NCBI GenBank assembly: GCA_938002015.1
Contig: CALLAU010000003.1
Location: 4,084-68,083, forward strand
Source: an uncultured Bdellovibrionales bacterium
GTDB lineage: Bacteria > Bdellovibrionota > Bdellovibrionia > Bdellovibrionales > UBA1609
Direction: 5' to 3'
Length of the DNA: 64,000 bases
Shown here: one piece after another, positions 37,060 through 47,052 of the stretch
Layout: each line of letters opens with the position of its first letter
Position numbering within the stretch: position 1 is the first letter of the stretch
The notes under the pieces: generated by a model
The model's database searches: none
What the model was told of the DNA's origin: nothing
What the model saw: only the letters and a program-made list of their open reading frames with translations
Translations under genes and position numbers: made by a program

Positions 37060-37818
37060 TTACTTATCAAGCCTCCAAACCACAGATGATTCATGCTTAG
37101 AAGTTTTAATATGATCAAAATTTTTATCATAGTGCTCAAAGCGCATTCTAATTTTAGAATATGCATTATACATATTTTGAAACTCAGCTAAGTCAGGGAA
37201 GACATCTCTCATATCACTTAGAAAACGCTTTATATTGGGTCGTCTAACTATAATTTCAACAAGTTCAGCATGCTTTGGAGATAATGGTATCCACTCACCT
37301 TTATAAAAAGTTTTCGTATAGTCTTTACTTATTTTTACATCGTTAAAGATAAAATACTCATCGGAATCATATTCAAACACTGGCTTATCTATGAATCTGT
37401 ATGCCCTATAACCTAATATGCTATAGAAAAAAGGAGAATTAGGATCGACATCTTTAAATTTCTTCCTGAGTCTTGTTATAAATATTCTGGCCCAATCTTC
37501 ATGAAGTATAAAATTATCATCATCAGTTACTTCTTCACCATGTACCACTTCATACATTTCTATGACTGAGTATGCTCTATATGGGTTGGTATACATATCC
37601 TTAACTAATTTATATTGATTATGAGAAAGCTTAATTCTACGACCCCGGTAGTTAACCATGCCATTTTTATCAAAAGACAAAATATCAGTAATCTTCTTAG
37701 ATCTCTCAGCCAAAACACCTGAGCAGCTCACAAAGGCCTGAACCTGTCCATAAAAGCAGGTAAAAACCACCAAATACAATAAAAATGACTTTAAATCGAT
37801 CTGAACTTTAGAAAACAT
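37060..37818 (-). CDS. Signal-peptide/anchor protein with two OmpR-type winged-helix (Trans_reg_C-like) modules
   Basis: Hydrophobic N-terminus 'FLLYLVVFTCFYGQVQA'. Module 1: 'IKLSHNQYKLVKDMY...ARIFITRLRKKFKD...GYRAYRF'. Module 2 (degenerate): 'IPLSPKHAELVEIIV...AYSKIRMRFEH...VVWRL'. Confidence 0.5.
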   Translation of the reverse strand: MFSKVQIDLKSFLLYLVVFTCFYGQVQAFVSCSGVLAERSKKITDILSFDKNGMVNYRGRRIKLSHNQYKLVKDMYTNPYRAYSVIEMYEVVHGEEVTDDDNFILHEDWARIFITRLRKKFKDVDPNSPFFYSILGYRAYRFIDKPVFEYDSDEYFIFNDVKISKDYTKTFYKGEWIPLSPKHAELVEIIVRRPNIKRFLSDMRDVFPDLAEFQNMYNAYSKIRMRFEHYDKNFDHIKTSKHESSVVWRLDK

Positions 37819-37869
37819 AGAATACCGTAAGCAATATGCGTGCCTAATTCAAAATTTAAGATTTATAAA

Positions 37870-38445
37870 TTAACTCAAAGCCTTCTTAATATACCTTTGA
37901 AATACAGGAAGTGTCTTCTCCTTAAACCAATCATTCTTCTTAAGCCAGATATTATTTCTAGGAGATGGGTGAGGAAGAACAAAATATTTGGGTAAATACG
38001 ATTCCCAGTTTTTAACAGTTTCTGTAAGATTTTTTTTTGTACTCTTTCTTAAAAAGTACCTCTGTGAGTACTGTCCTATTAATACAATATGACTCTTTTT
38101 TTCTATTGAATTTAAAACTCTATTCATCCATAACTTTGCACATTCTGGGCGCGGCGGTAAGTCTCCACTTTTACCTTTGCCCGGGTAGCAAAAACCCATT
38201 GGAATAATTCCAAAGTTATTTGTATTGTAAAACACCTCTGCGGAGACCCCCAGCCATTCTCGCAATCTCACCCCACTTGCATCATCCCAAGGAACTCCTG
38301 ATTTATGAACTTTTAAGCCTGGAGCCTGGCCAATGATCAATACTTTAGAAGATGCTGAAAAGCTTACTACTGGCCGAGGCTCATGCGATAAAACCTCAGA
38401 GCAATAAGTACATGCCTGAATCTCTTTAATCAGATTATTATTCAC
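37870..38445 (-). CDS. Uracil-DNA glycosylase superfamily protein
   Basis: 'IIGQAPGLKVHKSGVPWDDASG' (motif A, GxAPG type) and 'LPHPSPRNN' (motif B, HPSP). Confidence 0.75.
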   Translation of the reverse strand: MNNNLIKEIQACTYCSEVLSHEPRPVVSFSASSKVLIIGQAPGLKVHKSGVPWDDASGVRLREWLGVSAEVFYNTNNFGIIPMGFCYPGKGKSGDLPPRPECAKLWMNRVLNSIEKKSHIVLIGQYSQRYFLRKSTKKNLTETVKNWESYLPKYFVLPHPSPRNNIWLKKNDWFKEKTLPVFQRYIKKALS

Positions 38446-38562
38446 TCTAACACCTTAAATCCATTAACAAATCATAACCTGTGGTTTATTTAACGTAAAC
38501 ACTTGATTCTTGCCGTTTTCTAGACAAACTCATATATTCATACACTCAAAGGATCTAAATCA

Positions 38563-39102
38563 ATGGCTCTAGGCGCTCAAATCTTTAAAGCAAATATCAA
38601 CCTTGCTAACTTAAATGCAAATTACTATGAAGATTTATCATTAACTATAGCTCTACACCCCTCAGAAACTAAAGAGCGAATGATGTTTAGACTTATAGCC
38701 CTTCTTGTCTCACACCAAGAGTACTTAGAGTTTACAAACGGTTTAGACAATCCAGATTTACCAGATATTTGGCAAAAAGATTTATGTGGTGACATTGAGC
38801 ACTGGATTGAACTAGGTCAACCAGATGAAAAGAAAATTAAAAAAGCTTGTGGGCGCTCTAAGAAAGTTAGTATTTTTACTTATGATGAATTTAAAGCTGA
38901 ACCATGGCTGGAAAAAAATCAGGAGAAATTAAAATCTAATAAAAAAATTAATATTTATAATTTAAGAAAAGTTGAAGAAAGCAACTTATTAATTGATCTA
39001 GTAAAAAGAAGTATGAATTTAACTTGTATGATTGAAGAGAATAATATTTTTTTAAGTAATGACGACTTAAGGGTTCAAGTTACCATACAACACATTTTTT
39101 AG
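38563..39102 (+). CDS. yaeQ: YaeQ family protein
   Basis: 'MALGAQIFKANINLANLNANYYEDLSLTIALHPSETKERMMFRLIA' is closely parallel to the YaeQ N-terminus. Confidence 0.8.
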   Translation: MALGAQIFKANINLANLNANYYEDLSLTIALHPSETKERMMFRLIALLVSHQEYLEFTNGLDNPDLPDIWQKDLCGDIEHWIELGQPDEKKIKKACGRSKKVSIFTYDEFKAEPWLEKNQEKLKSNKKINIYNLRKVEESNLLIDLVKRSMNLTCMIEENNIFLSNDDLRVQVTIQHIF

Positions 39103-39149
39103 CTTAATAACAGATTTAAAAAAATCTCATTATAATTTGGAGTATTAGT

Positions 39150-41408
39150 TTGAGAAATTTAAAAACATTAACATTATTACTATTCATTCTAACAAATTGT
39201 TCTAAAAGCAATAATAATTTTTTTCAAAAGCTTCCACTTAAAAGATTAAGTGAGTCACCCAGTCTTCGTGGTAGCTTACCAAGAAATGTTAAGATTTCAC
39301 CCAATGGAAAATTAGTGAGTTTTTTAAAAGCTAAAAAAAATGATTTTCTTACTCAAGACTTATGGGTTTATGATCTAAATGGTGAAAAGCCCAGATTACT
39401 AGTAGATTCTGCAGTCTTAACTCAAGGGGCAACAGAAAAAATGTCTGAAGAAGAAGCCGCAAGGAGAGAAAGAAAGCGCATCTCATCTAGTGGAATTGTT
39501 GAATATTTCTGGTCAGAACAAAGTGATCAAATTCTTTTTCCAATAAATGGCGATCTTTACCTTTATGGAATTGACTCAAAGAACCCCGTTACTCGCCTGA
39601 CAAAAACCAATGATTATGAAATAGACCCAAGGTTTTCACCAAAAGGAAACTTTGTAAGCTTTATACGAAACTACAATGTATTTATAATTAACCTTAAAAC
39701 AGGAATTGAATCACAAGTTACATTTTCAGGTACAAAAGAAAAGCCAATGGGAGCAGCAGAGTTCATAGCTCAAGAAGAGATGAGAAGATATAGAGGGTAT
39801 TTTTGGTCTCCAAATGAGAAATTTTTAGCAATAACAAAAGTGGACAATACTCAAGTAAAAGAAACCGAAAGATTTGAAATATATACAGATCAAGTTAAGC
39901 TAATTAAACAAAGATACCCTTATGCAGGAACACATAACGCAACAGTTGATCTACTCATCTTTAAGACTTCATCTGCCGGTGCAAAACAATCACCTGATAT
40001 AGTTCCAACGATTGATAAAAAAGATTTTTATATTCCACAGATAAAATGGTTACCTGACACAAAAAAATCTCAGCTCTCCTATACTTTGCAAAAAAGAAAT
40101 CAAAAACAGTTAGATTTTATGATCTATGATGTAAAATCCTTAAAAAGCAGAAAACTTTTTACAGAAAATGATTCTGCATGGGTGAATATTAGACATGACT
40201 ACAAGTTCTTAAAGAAAGAGGAAGCCTTACTTTGGGTTAGTGAAAAGTCTGGATCAAGTCACATTTACTACTACGATTTAAAAACAGGAAAAGACAGACC
40301 ATTAACAAGTGGTAATTGGAATGTGCGCAGCCTTTTAGCTACTGATGAAAATAAAAAGAAAGTCTACTATACTTCAACTAAAGACTCTGTTTTAGAAAAC
40401 CATCTCTACAGCGCATCTTTGGATGAGAAAAATCAAATTAAAAAAATCAGCTCAAAAGTAGGTTACCATAACTTTGTTGTTGCAGATAACCCAAATTTTT
40501 ATTTAGACTATTTCTCTAAGGAACTTAAACCAACAGCATTATCCTTTTATAATATAGATGGCGCTTTTAAGTTTTATGTTGAAGAAAATAAGCTTAATGC
40601 TGACCACCCTGCTTATAAGTACTCAATGGGTTTTTCTAAGTGGGAGTTTCATGAGCTTAAACAAAAAAATAAGCCTTCTTTGTTTTATAAAATACTCAAA
40701 CCTAAAAACTTTAATCCAGCAAAGAAATATCCTCTTATTCAGTATGTATACGGCGGCCCAGGCGTTCAACTAGTTGCTAAATATGGCGGGACTAATTACT
40801 TTCATCAAATCCTTACACAAAATGACTTTATTGTACTTGTAGCTGATAATAGAGGTACGCCAAATAGAGGTCGAGATTTTGAACGAACTTTTTATAAAAA
40901 TTTTGGTAAAATTGAAGTCGAAGATCAATCTCTGGTAGTCAAACACCTGCTCAAAAAACATAGTTTCATTGATTCAAATAATATAGGGGTTTATGGACAT
41001 AGCTATGGTGGCTACTTAAGTTTAATGCTTTTAATGCAAAAACCTGACATTTATAAAGTAGCAATAGCAGGTGCTCCTGTAGTGGATTGGTCACTGTATG
41101 ACACTCATTACACTGAAAGATACATCGGAACTCCTGCGGAAAATCCGGAAGCTTATAAATACGCTAATGTTTTAAGTCATATCGACAAGTTAGAAGGGAA
41201 TTTATTAATAGCACACGGCATGGCTGACGATAATGTTTTGTATAAAAATAGCCTTCTACTTTATAGTAAATTACAAGATGAGGCCAAGCTTTTTGATGTC
41301 ATGCCCTACCCAGGAGCAAAGCATGGTATAAATAGAAAGAAGAGCTGGAGGCATCATTATAAAAAAACAATTCTAAATTACTTTCAAATGCATTTAAAAT
41401 CTAAATAA
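39150..41408 (+). CDS. Dipeptidyl-peptidase IV (S9B serine peptidase) lipoprotein
   Basis: Lipobox 'LTNC', DPP-IV beta-propeller region (AEFIAQEEMRRYRGYFWSP) and catalytic 'GHSYGGY', 'GMADDNV', 'GAKHG'. TTG start. Confidence 0.85.
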   Translation: MRNLKTLTLLLFILTNCSKSNNNFFQKLPLKRLSESPSLRGSLPRNVKISPNGKLVSFLKAKKNDFLTQDLWVYDLNGEKPRLLVDSAVLTQGATEKMSEEEAARRERKRISSSGIVEYFWSEQSDQILFPINGDLYLYGIDSKNPVTRLTKTNDYEIDPRFSPKGNFVSFIRNYNVFIINLKTGIESQVTFSGTKEKPMGAAEFIAQEEMRRYRGYFWSPNEKFLAITKVDNTQVKETERFEIYTDQVKLIKQRYPYAGTHNATVDLLIFKTSSAGAKQSPDIVPTIDKKDFYIPQIKWLPDTKKSQLSYTLQKRNQKQLDFMIYDVKSLKSRKLFTENDSAWVNIRHDYKFLKKEEALLWVSEKSGSSHIYYYDLKTGKDRPLTSGNWNVRSLLATDENKKKVYYTSTKDSVLENHLYSASLDEKNQIKKISSKVGYHNFVVADNPNFYLDYFSKELKPTALSFYNIDGAFKFYVEENKLNADHPAYKYSMGFSKWEFHELKQKNKPSLFYKILKPKNFNPAKKYPLIQYVYGGPGVQLVAKYGGTNYFHQILTQNDFIVLVADNRGTPNRGRDFERTFYKNFGKIEVEDQSLVVKHLLKKHSFIDSNNIGVYGHSYGGYLSLMLLMQKPDIYKVAIAGAPVVDWSLYDTHYTERYIGTPAENPEAYKYANVLSHIDKLEGNLLIAHGMADDNVLYKNSLLLYSKLQDEAKLFDVMPYPGAKHGINRKKSWRHHYKKTILNYFQMHLKSK

Positions 41409-41611
41409 CTTCCATTAGACATTTTAGAAGAATACGGCTCTTTATATTTATATTAAATTTACAATTAAGATATTGGTCATAGTGAATGTAAAAAATATTT
41501 TAACTATTCATATTTTATTTTCTTATTTTACAAAAAAGCTAAAAATAAATTCGTTGTTTCCGATTAATTACTACAGAATAAAATAGCAACTATAAACAAA
41601 GGTGCCGATAT

Positions 41612-42019
41612 ATGATAAACTACAAGCTCAATAAGAAATCAATATTAGTTGTTGATGATGAATATGGAATCAGAGATATTTTAGGTTTTTACTTTAAAGA
41701 CGAAGGATGGGAAGTAACAACAGCTTCTGATGGAAATGAAGCTTATAAATTTATCAGTGAATCTGCTTTTGATATTGTCTTATCAGATATTCAAATGCCT
41801 GGTTGTGATGGAGTAGAATTGCTTCAAAAAATCAAATCGGAAACTCCGTTAGCATCAGTCATACTTATGACAGGTTTTTCTGATTATGATCAAGCTGAGC
41901 TTATTGATATGGGAGCTGAAAAAGTTTTTAAAAAACCCTTTTCTTTAGAGCAACTTACTGAAGAAATTTTTAAGGTTTATAAAGACAAAGTACATTTACT
42001 TCAAAAAGATGCAGCTTAA
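41612..42019 (+). CDS. Single-domain CheY-like response regulator
   Basis: 'ILVVDDE...VLSDIQMPGCDG...FKKPF'. Confidence 0.85.
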   Translation: MINYKLNKKSILVVDDEYGIRDILGFYFKDEGWEVTTASDGNEAYKFISESAFDIVLSDIQMPGCDGVELLQKIKSETPLASVILMTGFSDYDQAELIDMGAEKVFKKPFSLEQLTEEIFKVYKDKVHLLQKDAA

Positions 42020-42074
42020 TGTTTTTCACCAAAGTAAATAACTCGTGTTAGTATAGTTTCGCAGGCTTTAAAGT

Positions 42075-44147
42075 ATGAAAGCAAAAGAACATTTAGCAAA
42101 ACGTATTCTTCGCTCTATATCAGTTAGAGTAACTGTAATTGTATTTATTAGTTCAATTTTTAGCTACATTCATTTTTATTCAACAATAAAAAAAGGCTCA
42201 ATTCAAACTCTGGATAAATATGTAAATGAAAGAACTCAGCTAGAAAGCTTTTTATTTACTCAAGCAGAGGAAAACCACATCTACTTAAAATCCCTTATTA
42301 CAAATTTTCTTGAATCAAATAAAAACATTCAAGAAAACTCTTTGGCATTTAATAATTTCTTTGAACAAAAAGAAGACAAAACTTATAGAAATAAAATAGG
42401 TTTTGATGGAACTAAAATGGCTGGGGTCTTTATTCCACCAGAGTACCCTCTAGACAAGACTCGCAAGGGTCTTGTCGTATATTTAAAAAAACTGGCAGAA
42501 GCAACTGGGCCAATTTTTAGAAGTAATTTCCAAGACACTTATTTTACAACACCAGACAATATTATGGTGATCTACTGGCCTGAGGTTCCCAACTGGACGC
42601 TTGAGATGGCCTCAGATTTTCAAATGACCGACGAGGAATATGTTTGGATTGCTGATAAGCTTCATAACCCTCAACGAAAAATGGTTTGGACAGGGCTATT
42701 TTACGATAAAGTTGGTAAAACATGGATGACCTCTGCTGAAACACCTGTATATAAAAATGATAAGCATGTTTTGACAATTGGCCATGATGTCATGCTTAGT
42801 GAACTATTAGATAGAGCTCAAAACGAAAGTCTGCCAGGAGCTTATAATATAATATTTAGAGAAGATGGGCGCCTTATTGTACATCCTCAAAAAATCGAAG
42901 AGCTCAAAAAAAGTGGTGGATATTTTGATATTAATAAAAGTGGCGATGAGGATCTTAAGAATATTAAGGCTGCTATTTTAAATGCTCCAAAAGGTCAGAA
43001 AGTCATTGAATCTGAATCTGGTAATGAATTACTCGCATTTGGCAAGATAAAGGGGCCTGGCTGGTACTTTGTTACTGTATATCCAAAAGCTCTTATTACT
43101 TCAACAGCTTTAAAGAGTATCATATTCGTTATTATACTAGCTTTCTTATCTTTGGTTTTAGAAGTTATTTTACTTTGGTTTGTTATAAAGAATGAAATTA
43201 GTGACCCTATTAAAAGTTTATTAAACGCAGCCGAAAGAATGAAAGGCGGAGAGTTTAACACGGTTGTTGAGGTGAACAGAGAAGATGAACTCGGCTCCTT
43301 TGCCACAACATTTAATTCAATGGCAAAAGCCATTCTAGAAAGAGACCAAGAGATTCACACTTATGCTGAATCTCTAGAAAAGAAAGTACTTGAGCGAACT
43401 AAAGAGCTTGATCGTCAAAAGTGTCTTGCTATTGAATCAGCAAAGATGGCCTCATTAGGAGAAATGGCAGGTGGTATCGCCCATGAAATCAATAACCCTC
43501 TTACAATCCTTTCTGGCTCTATCGCACTTATTGATAAATCCGTTAAGAATAATTCCTTAAGTGAAGACAAGATCAGTATGATCTCTAATACAATAAACTC
43601 TACAATTCAAAGGATTGAGAGCATCATAAGTGGCTTAAGAACATTTGCTCGATCAGGAGAGCAAGATAATTTCCAAGAAGAGTCTGCTAATCAAATCGTC
43701 TTAGAAACCCTAGCTCTTTGTAGGCATAAATTAAAGATGTTAAACATAGATTTGCAATTTGATTATAGAGAGGAAAAAGATGTACTCTTTGAGTGCCAGC
43801 GAGTTCAAATATCTCAAGTTCTATTGAATTTAGTTTCTAATGCTGCAGACTCAATTAAAGAAAATTCAAATAAAAAGTGGGTTAAAATTAGCCTTCTTGA
43901 CCAAGAAGATAAGTTTCAATTAAGAGTTGAAGATTCTGGAGCAGGAATCCCACTTAAAGTACAAGAAAAAATGTTTCAGCCTTTTTTTACTACTAAAGAT
44001 TTTGGCTCTGGCACTGGCTTAGGTTTAAGTATCTCTTCAGGTATAATGAAGCATCATTCAGGACAACTCTTTGTTGACAACGATTTAAAGCACACTTGCA
44101 TTGTTATGGAGTTTTCTAAAAATGTAAACTTAAAACAAGTAAGTTAA
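42075..44147 (+). CDS. Sensor histidine kinase with large extracytoplasmic (Cache-like) domain, HAMP, HisKA, HATPase_c
   Basis: Two TM helices flank a ~300-aa domain. H-box 'GIAHEINNPL', N box 'VSNAADS', G boxes 'EDSGAGI' and 'GTGLGLS'. Confidence 0.85.
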   Translation: MKAKEHLAKRILRSISVRVTVIVFISSIFSYIHFYSTIKKGSIQTLDKYVNERTQLESFLFTQAEENHIYLKSLITNFLESNKNIQENSLAFNNFFEQKEDKTYRNKIGFDGTKMAGVFIPPEYPLDKTRKGLVVYLKKLAEATGPIFRSNFQDTYFTTPDNIMVIYWPEVPNWTLEMASDFQMTDEEYVWIADKLHNPQRKMVWTGLFYDKVGKTWMTSAETPVYKNDKHVLTIGHDVMLSELLDRAQNESLPGAYNIIFREDGRLIVHPQKIEELKKSGGYFDINKSGDEDLKNIKAAILNAPKGQKVIESESGNELLAFGKIKGPGWYFVTVYPKALITSTALKSIIFVIILAFLSLVLEVILLWFVIKNEISDPIKSLLNAAERMKGGEFNTVVEVNREDELGSFATTFNSMAKAILERDQEIHTYAESLEKKVLERTKELDRQKCLAIESAKMASLGEMAGGIAHEINNPLTILSGSIALIDKSVKNNSLSEDKISMISNTINSTIQRIESIISGLRTFARSGEQDNFQEESANQIVLETLALCRHKLKMLNIDLQFDYREEKDVLFECQRVQISQVLLNLVSNAADSIKENSNKKWVKISLLDQEDKFQLRVEDSGAGIPLKVQEKMFQPFFTTKDFGSGTGLGLSISSGIMKHHSGQLFVDNDLKHTCIVMEFSKNVNLKQVS

Positions 44148-44929
44148 GATTTTTGCACTTCCTGCATTGCTTTTATCTGTTTCATTAAAATAGTTTTCGG
44201 AGAAAAAGGTATCGCCTTAAGCATTAACTTCTGCATAAACGAAACTCCAGAAATAACATCTAACTTACCTGACAGCATGGCATTATATCCATCTTCTGCA
44301 ACATCTCTAGCTGGAAATGAGTTTTTAAAAAGACCTGCATCTTCCATATTAGCAGTTTTTGCAAAACCTGTTTCTGTTGCTCCAGGCATTAAATTTGTAA
44401 CACTAATATTAGTACCCTTAAGCTCTTCATTGACTGCATTACTAAATGACGTCACATAAGCTTTTGTTGCAAAGTAGACAGCCTGAAGTGGACCAGGCAT
44501 CAAACTTGCTGTTGAAGAAACATTTAAAATCTTTCCTTCATTATTTTTAGTAAAGTCATCCAGAAACAATCTTGTAAGAGCAGTTAAGGAGACTATGTTA
44601 AGCTGTATCATGGCCAAGTCTACAGCTAGTTCTCTTTCATGAAAGTTCCCAACACCACCAAATCCAGCATTATTTATTAAATAATCAACTTTTAGTCCTA
44701 GATCTCTAACTGTTTTATAAACTTCTTCTGGAGCCTCTGAAAGGCTAAGGTCCTTTTTAATAATATGAACAGAATTAGAATATCTCTCTTCAATATCTTT
44801 TTTAATAACTTTTAACTTATCATAACTGCGAGCTACTAAAATAAGATCTCCCTTATTCTCAGCATGGATATAGGCAAGCTCTTTTCCAATGCCGCTAGAA
44901 GCTCCTGTTATAAGTGCAATTTTATTCAT
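44144..44929 (-). CDS. SDR oxidoreductase
   Basis: 'ITGASSGIGKELA', 'NNAG' and 'YFATK'. Confidence 0.8.
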   Translation of the reverse strand: MNKIALITGASSGIGKELAYIHAENKGDLILVARSYDKLKVIKKDIEERYSNSVHIIKKDLSLSEAPEEVYKTVRDLGLKVDYLINNAGFGGVGNFHERELAVDLAMIQLNIVSLTALTRLFLDDFTKNNEGKILNVSSTASLMPGPLQAVYFATKAYVTSFSNAVNEELKGTNISVTNLMPGATETGFAKTANMEDAGLFKNSFPARDVAEDGYNAMLSGKLDVISGVSFMQKLMLKAIPFSPKTILMKQIKAMQEVQKS

Positions 44930-44952
44930 GGCTAACTTCCTTCATAAGGTTT

Positions 44953-45453
44953 TTAATTAAGAAATTTCTTACTTTTATAAACAGCAAATGGAGACACCCC
45001 CGCTGAAAATCTTTTAATAACTCCTTTTGAATTAACATAAGCTATACTCGGAGTCACCATAACATTAAAATCACTAAATGACTTATTAGAAACTAATAAT
45101 TTAAACGGGTACTGTTTTTCTTTTTGAAAGCTTTTAACTAATTTATATGGTTCATTTAAAGTTATGGCAAAAATTCTGCCACCATCAAGCTCCCCTTCTT
45201 CAACTGCAGACTTAAATAAATCCATTTGAATATGGCATGGAGTGCACCAAGTTGCCCAAAATAAGTAAATAGCTGCTTTATTTTTTAGTGGCACTTTAAA
45301 AGGTTGCCCATCAAGATTGACGGTATTTACTTCCGGAAAAACTTTATTCTCTTGATCAAAAGAGTTCTTCCAAGTGGGCACCATTTTAAAAAGTACAGCA
45401 CAAAAAGATATAAAAAATATGATATTCCATATGTGCTTTTTTAAAAAATACAC
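44953..45453 (-). CDS. TlpA-like membrane-anchored thiol:disulfide oxidoreductase
   Basis: N-terminal TM helix and thioredoxin active site 'WATWCTPC'. Confidence 0.75.
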   Translation of the reverse strand: MYFLKKHIWNIIFFISFCAVLFKMVPTWKNSFDQENKVFPEVNTVNLDGQPFKVPLKNKAAIYLFWATWCTPCHIQMDLFKSAVEEGELDGGRIFAITLNEPYKLVKSFQKEKQYPFKLLVSNKSFSDFNVMVTPSIAYVNSKGVIKRFSAGVSPFAVYKSKKFLN

Positions 45454-45468
45454 CCCTTTCTCCTTACG

Positions 45469-45903
45469 CTATATCTCTAGCTTATCTTTAATAGCTTTAT
45501 TCATTGAGTTTAGCATAGGGGGAACCCCCTTATCCATTTGAGAGCACATCATTTTAAACATTATACCTTTAAAAAGCTCTTTATGTATAAGCTTTGTTCT
45601 ATTTACCCCTACTTCTTCTAATTCTATTACCTTATCATTTGTAAATATAAAACCAGCTAACATTTTCGCTCTCCACCGAAACTTACTGTGATCTTCTAAA
45701 TCGGTAATAATTGGAGAATAAGCCGGTCCATTTTTACCGTCTTTACCAACCATTATTAGACTGATTTTTTCACCTTTTTCTAATTTTCCAGATGCTGACT
45801 TAATAATGGGATTCCACTCTTGCCACTTCTCAATATCTATAAGTAAATTCCAGATTTGATCTTTTGATGCATTAATCTCAATTTCAGTACTTATCTCATA
45901 CAT
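45469..45903 (-). CDS. SRPBCC-superfamily (polyketide-cyclase/START-like) protein
   Basis: 'INASKDQIWNLLIDIEKWQEWNP', typical of SRPBCC N-termini. Confidence 0.65.
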   Translation of the reverse strand: MYEISTEIEINASKDQIWNLLIDIEKWQEWNPIIKSASGKLEKGEKISLIMVGKDGKNGPAYSPIITDLEDHSKFRWRAKMLAGFIFTNDKVIELEEVGVNRTKLIHKELFKGIMFKMMCSQMDKGVPPMLNSMNKAIKDKLEI

Positions 45904-46068
45904 TTTATCACTCCATACTTATAGTTGAAAAGTTTAAGACTATTTCTTCTACTCTTTTAAGGCAATCTTACTAAGACCTATCATTAAAAGTTTAAGTCTA
46001 TAGAATTTGATTAACTAACTAAAGTTTAGTTAAATATATTTGTAATTCAGTTTTTAGGAGTAAGAAAT

Positions 46069-46491
46069 ATGGAAAAAACTAAAGCTTCAACTGGCTCATG
46101 CCTTTGTAAGAAAATTAAAGTAAGTGTAACTCAACTCAATACTGACTTAGGAGTCTGCCACTGCTCAATGTGTAGAAAATGGAGTGCAGGCCCCTTTTTA
46201 GGTGTAGACTGCGGTAGTGATGTTACTATAGAAGGCAAAGAGCACTTGGGTGTTTTTAACTCTTCAGATTGGGCCGAAAGAGCATTTTGTAAAAATTGTG
46301 GCACAAACATGTTCTATCGCTTAAAAGACAGTCAGCAGCATATTTTTTCTTCAGAAGTTTTTAATGAGACAGAATTAAATTTTGATCATCAAATTTTTGT
46401 TGAGGAAAAGCCCAGCTATTATGACTTCTCTAATGAAACAAAAAAAATGACAGGAGCTGAAGTCTTTGCCGCTTACGCACCAAAAGAATAG
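46069..46491 (+). CDS. GFA (glutathione-dependent formaldehyde-activating / CENP-V) family protein
   Basis: Cys ligand pattern 'GSCLCKKI...CHCSMCRKWSAGPF...FCKNCGT'. Confidence 0.75.
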   Translation: MEKTKASTGSCLCKKIKVSVTQLNTDLGVCHCSMCRKWSAGPFLGVDCGSDVTIEGKEHLGVFNSSDWAERAFCKNCGTNMFYRLKDSQQHIFSSEVFNETELNFDHQIFVEEKPSYYDFSNETKKMTGAEVFAAYAPKE

Positions 46492-46650
46492 ATAGATCAG
46501 TAAAAAGTTATAAAAAACAGCATAAAAGAGGGTCCTTAGTTCTTATAATGACCATTTATGTCTCTCATTTAGAAACTTTGGTAGTAAGTTTTAAAATTAG
46601 CGAGTAGTCTTAAACCTCTATACCATCTCAACAGAAAGGAAATTCACTCA

Positions 46651-46980
46651 ATGGCAGAAGAAAAAGGTTTAAAAAAACCAGTAAAATTAAAATCAGATCT
46701 TGCAAATATGTTAGGCGAAACTGAGCTCCCGAGAACAGAAATCACTAAAAAACTTTGGGACTATATTAAAGCTAATAAGCTTCAGACAAAGACTGAAAAC
46801 GGCGCTCCAGAAAACGCTGGCAAGTACATTGTAGCTGATTCTACACTTCTAGCTGTCTTTAAAAATACTAAATCTACTAGTAAATCAGGTAAGTTAACTG
46901 ACCTAACTGGCATGAAAGAAGGCGAAACTATTAATATGATGCAAATGGCTGCTGTTGTAGGCGCAAATATTGAGTCATAA
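46651..46980 (+). CDS. SWIB/MDM2-domain protein
   Basis: 'LANMLGETELPRTEITKKLWDYIKANKLQ' matches the SWIB-domain core. Confidence 0.7.
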   Translation: MAEEKGLKKPVKLKSDLANMLGETELPRTEITKKLWDYIKANKLQTKTENGAPENAGKYIVADSTLLAVFKNTKSTSKSGKLTDLTGMKEGETINMMQMAAVVGANIES

Positions 46981-47052
46981 AAATTAGAAAATAAAAGGAT
47001 TAAGCTTCTTAATCCTTTTAAATATGCACTTTTTGGACTAATAGTTTAAAAG

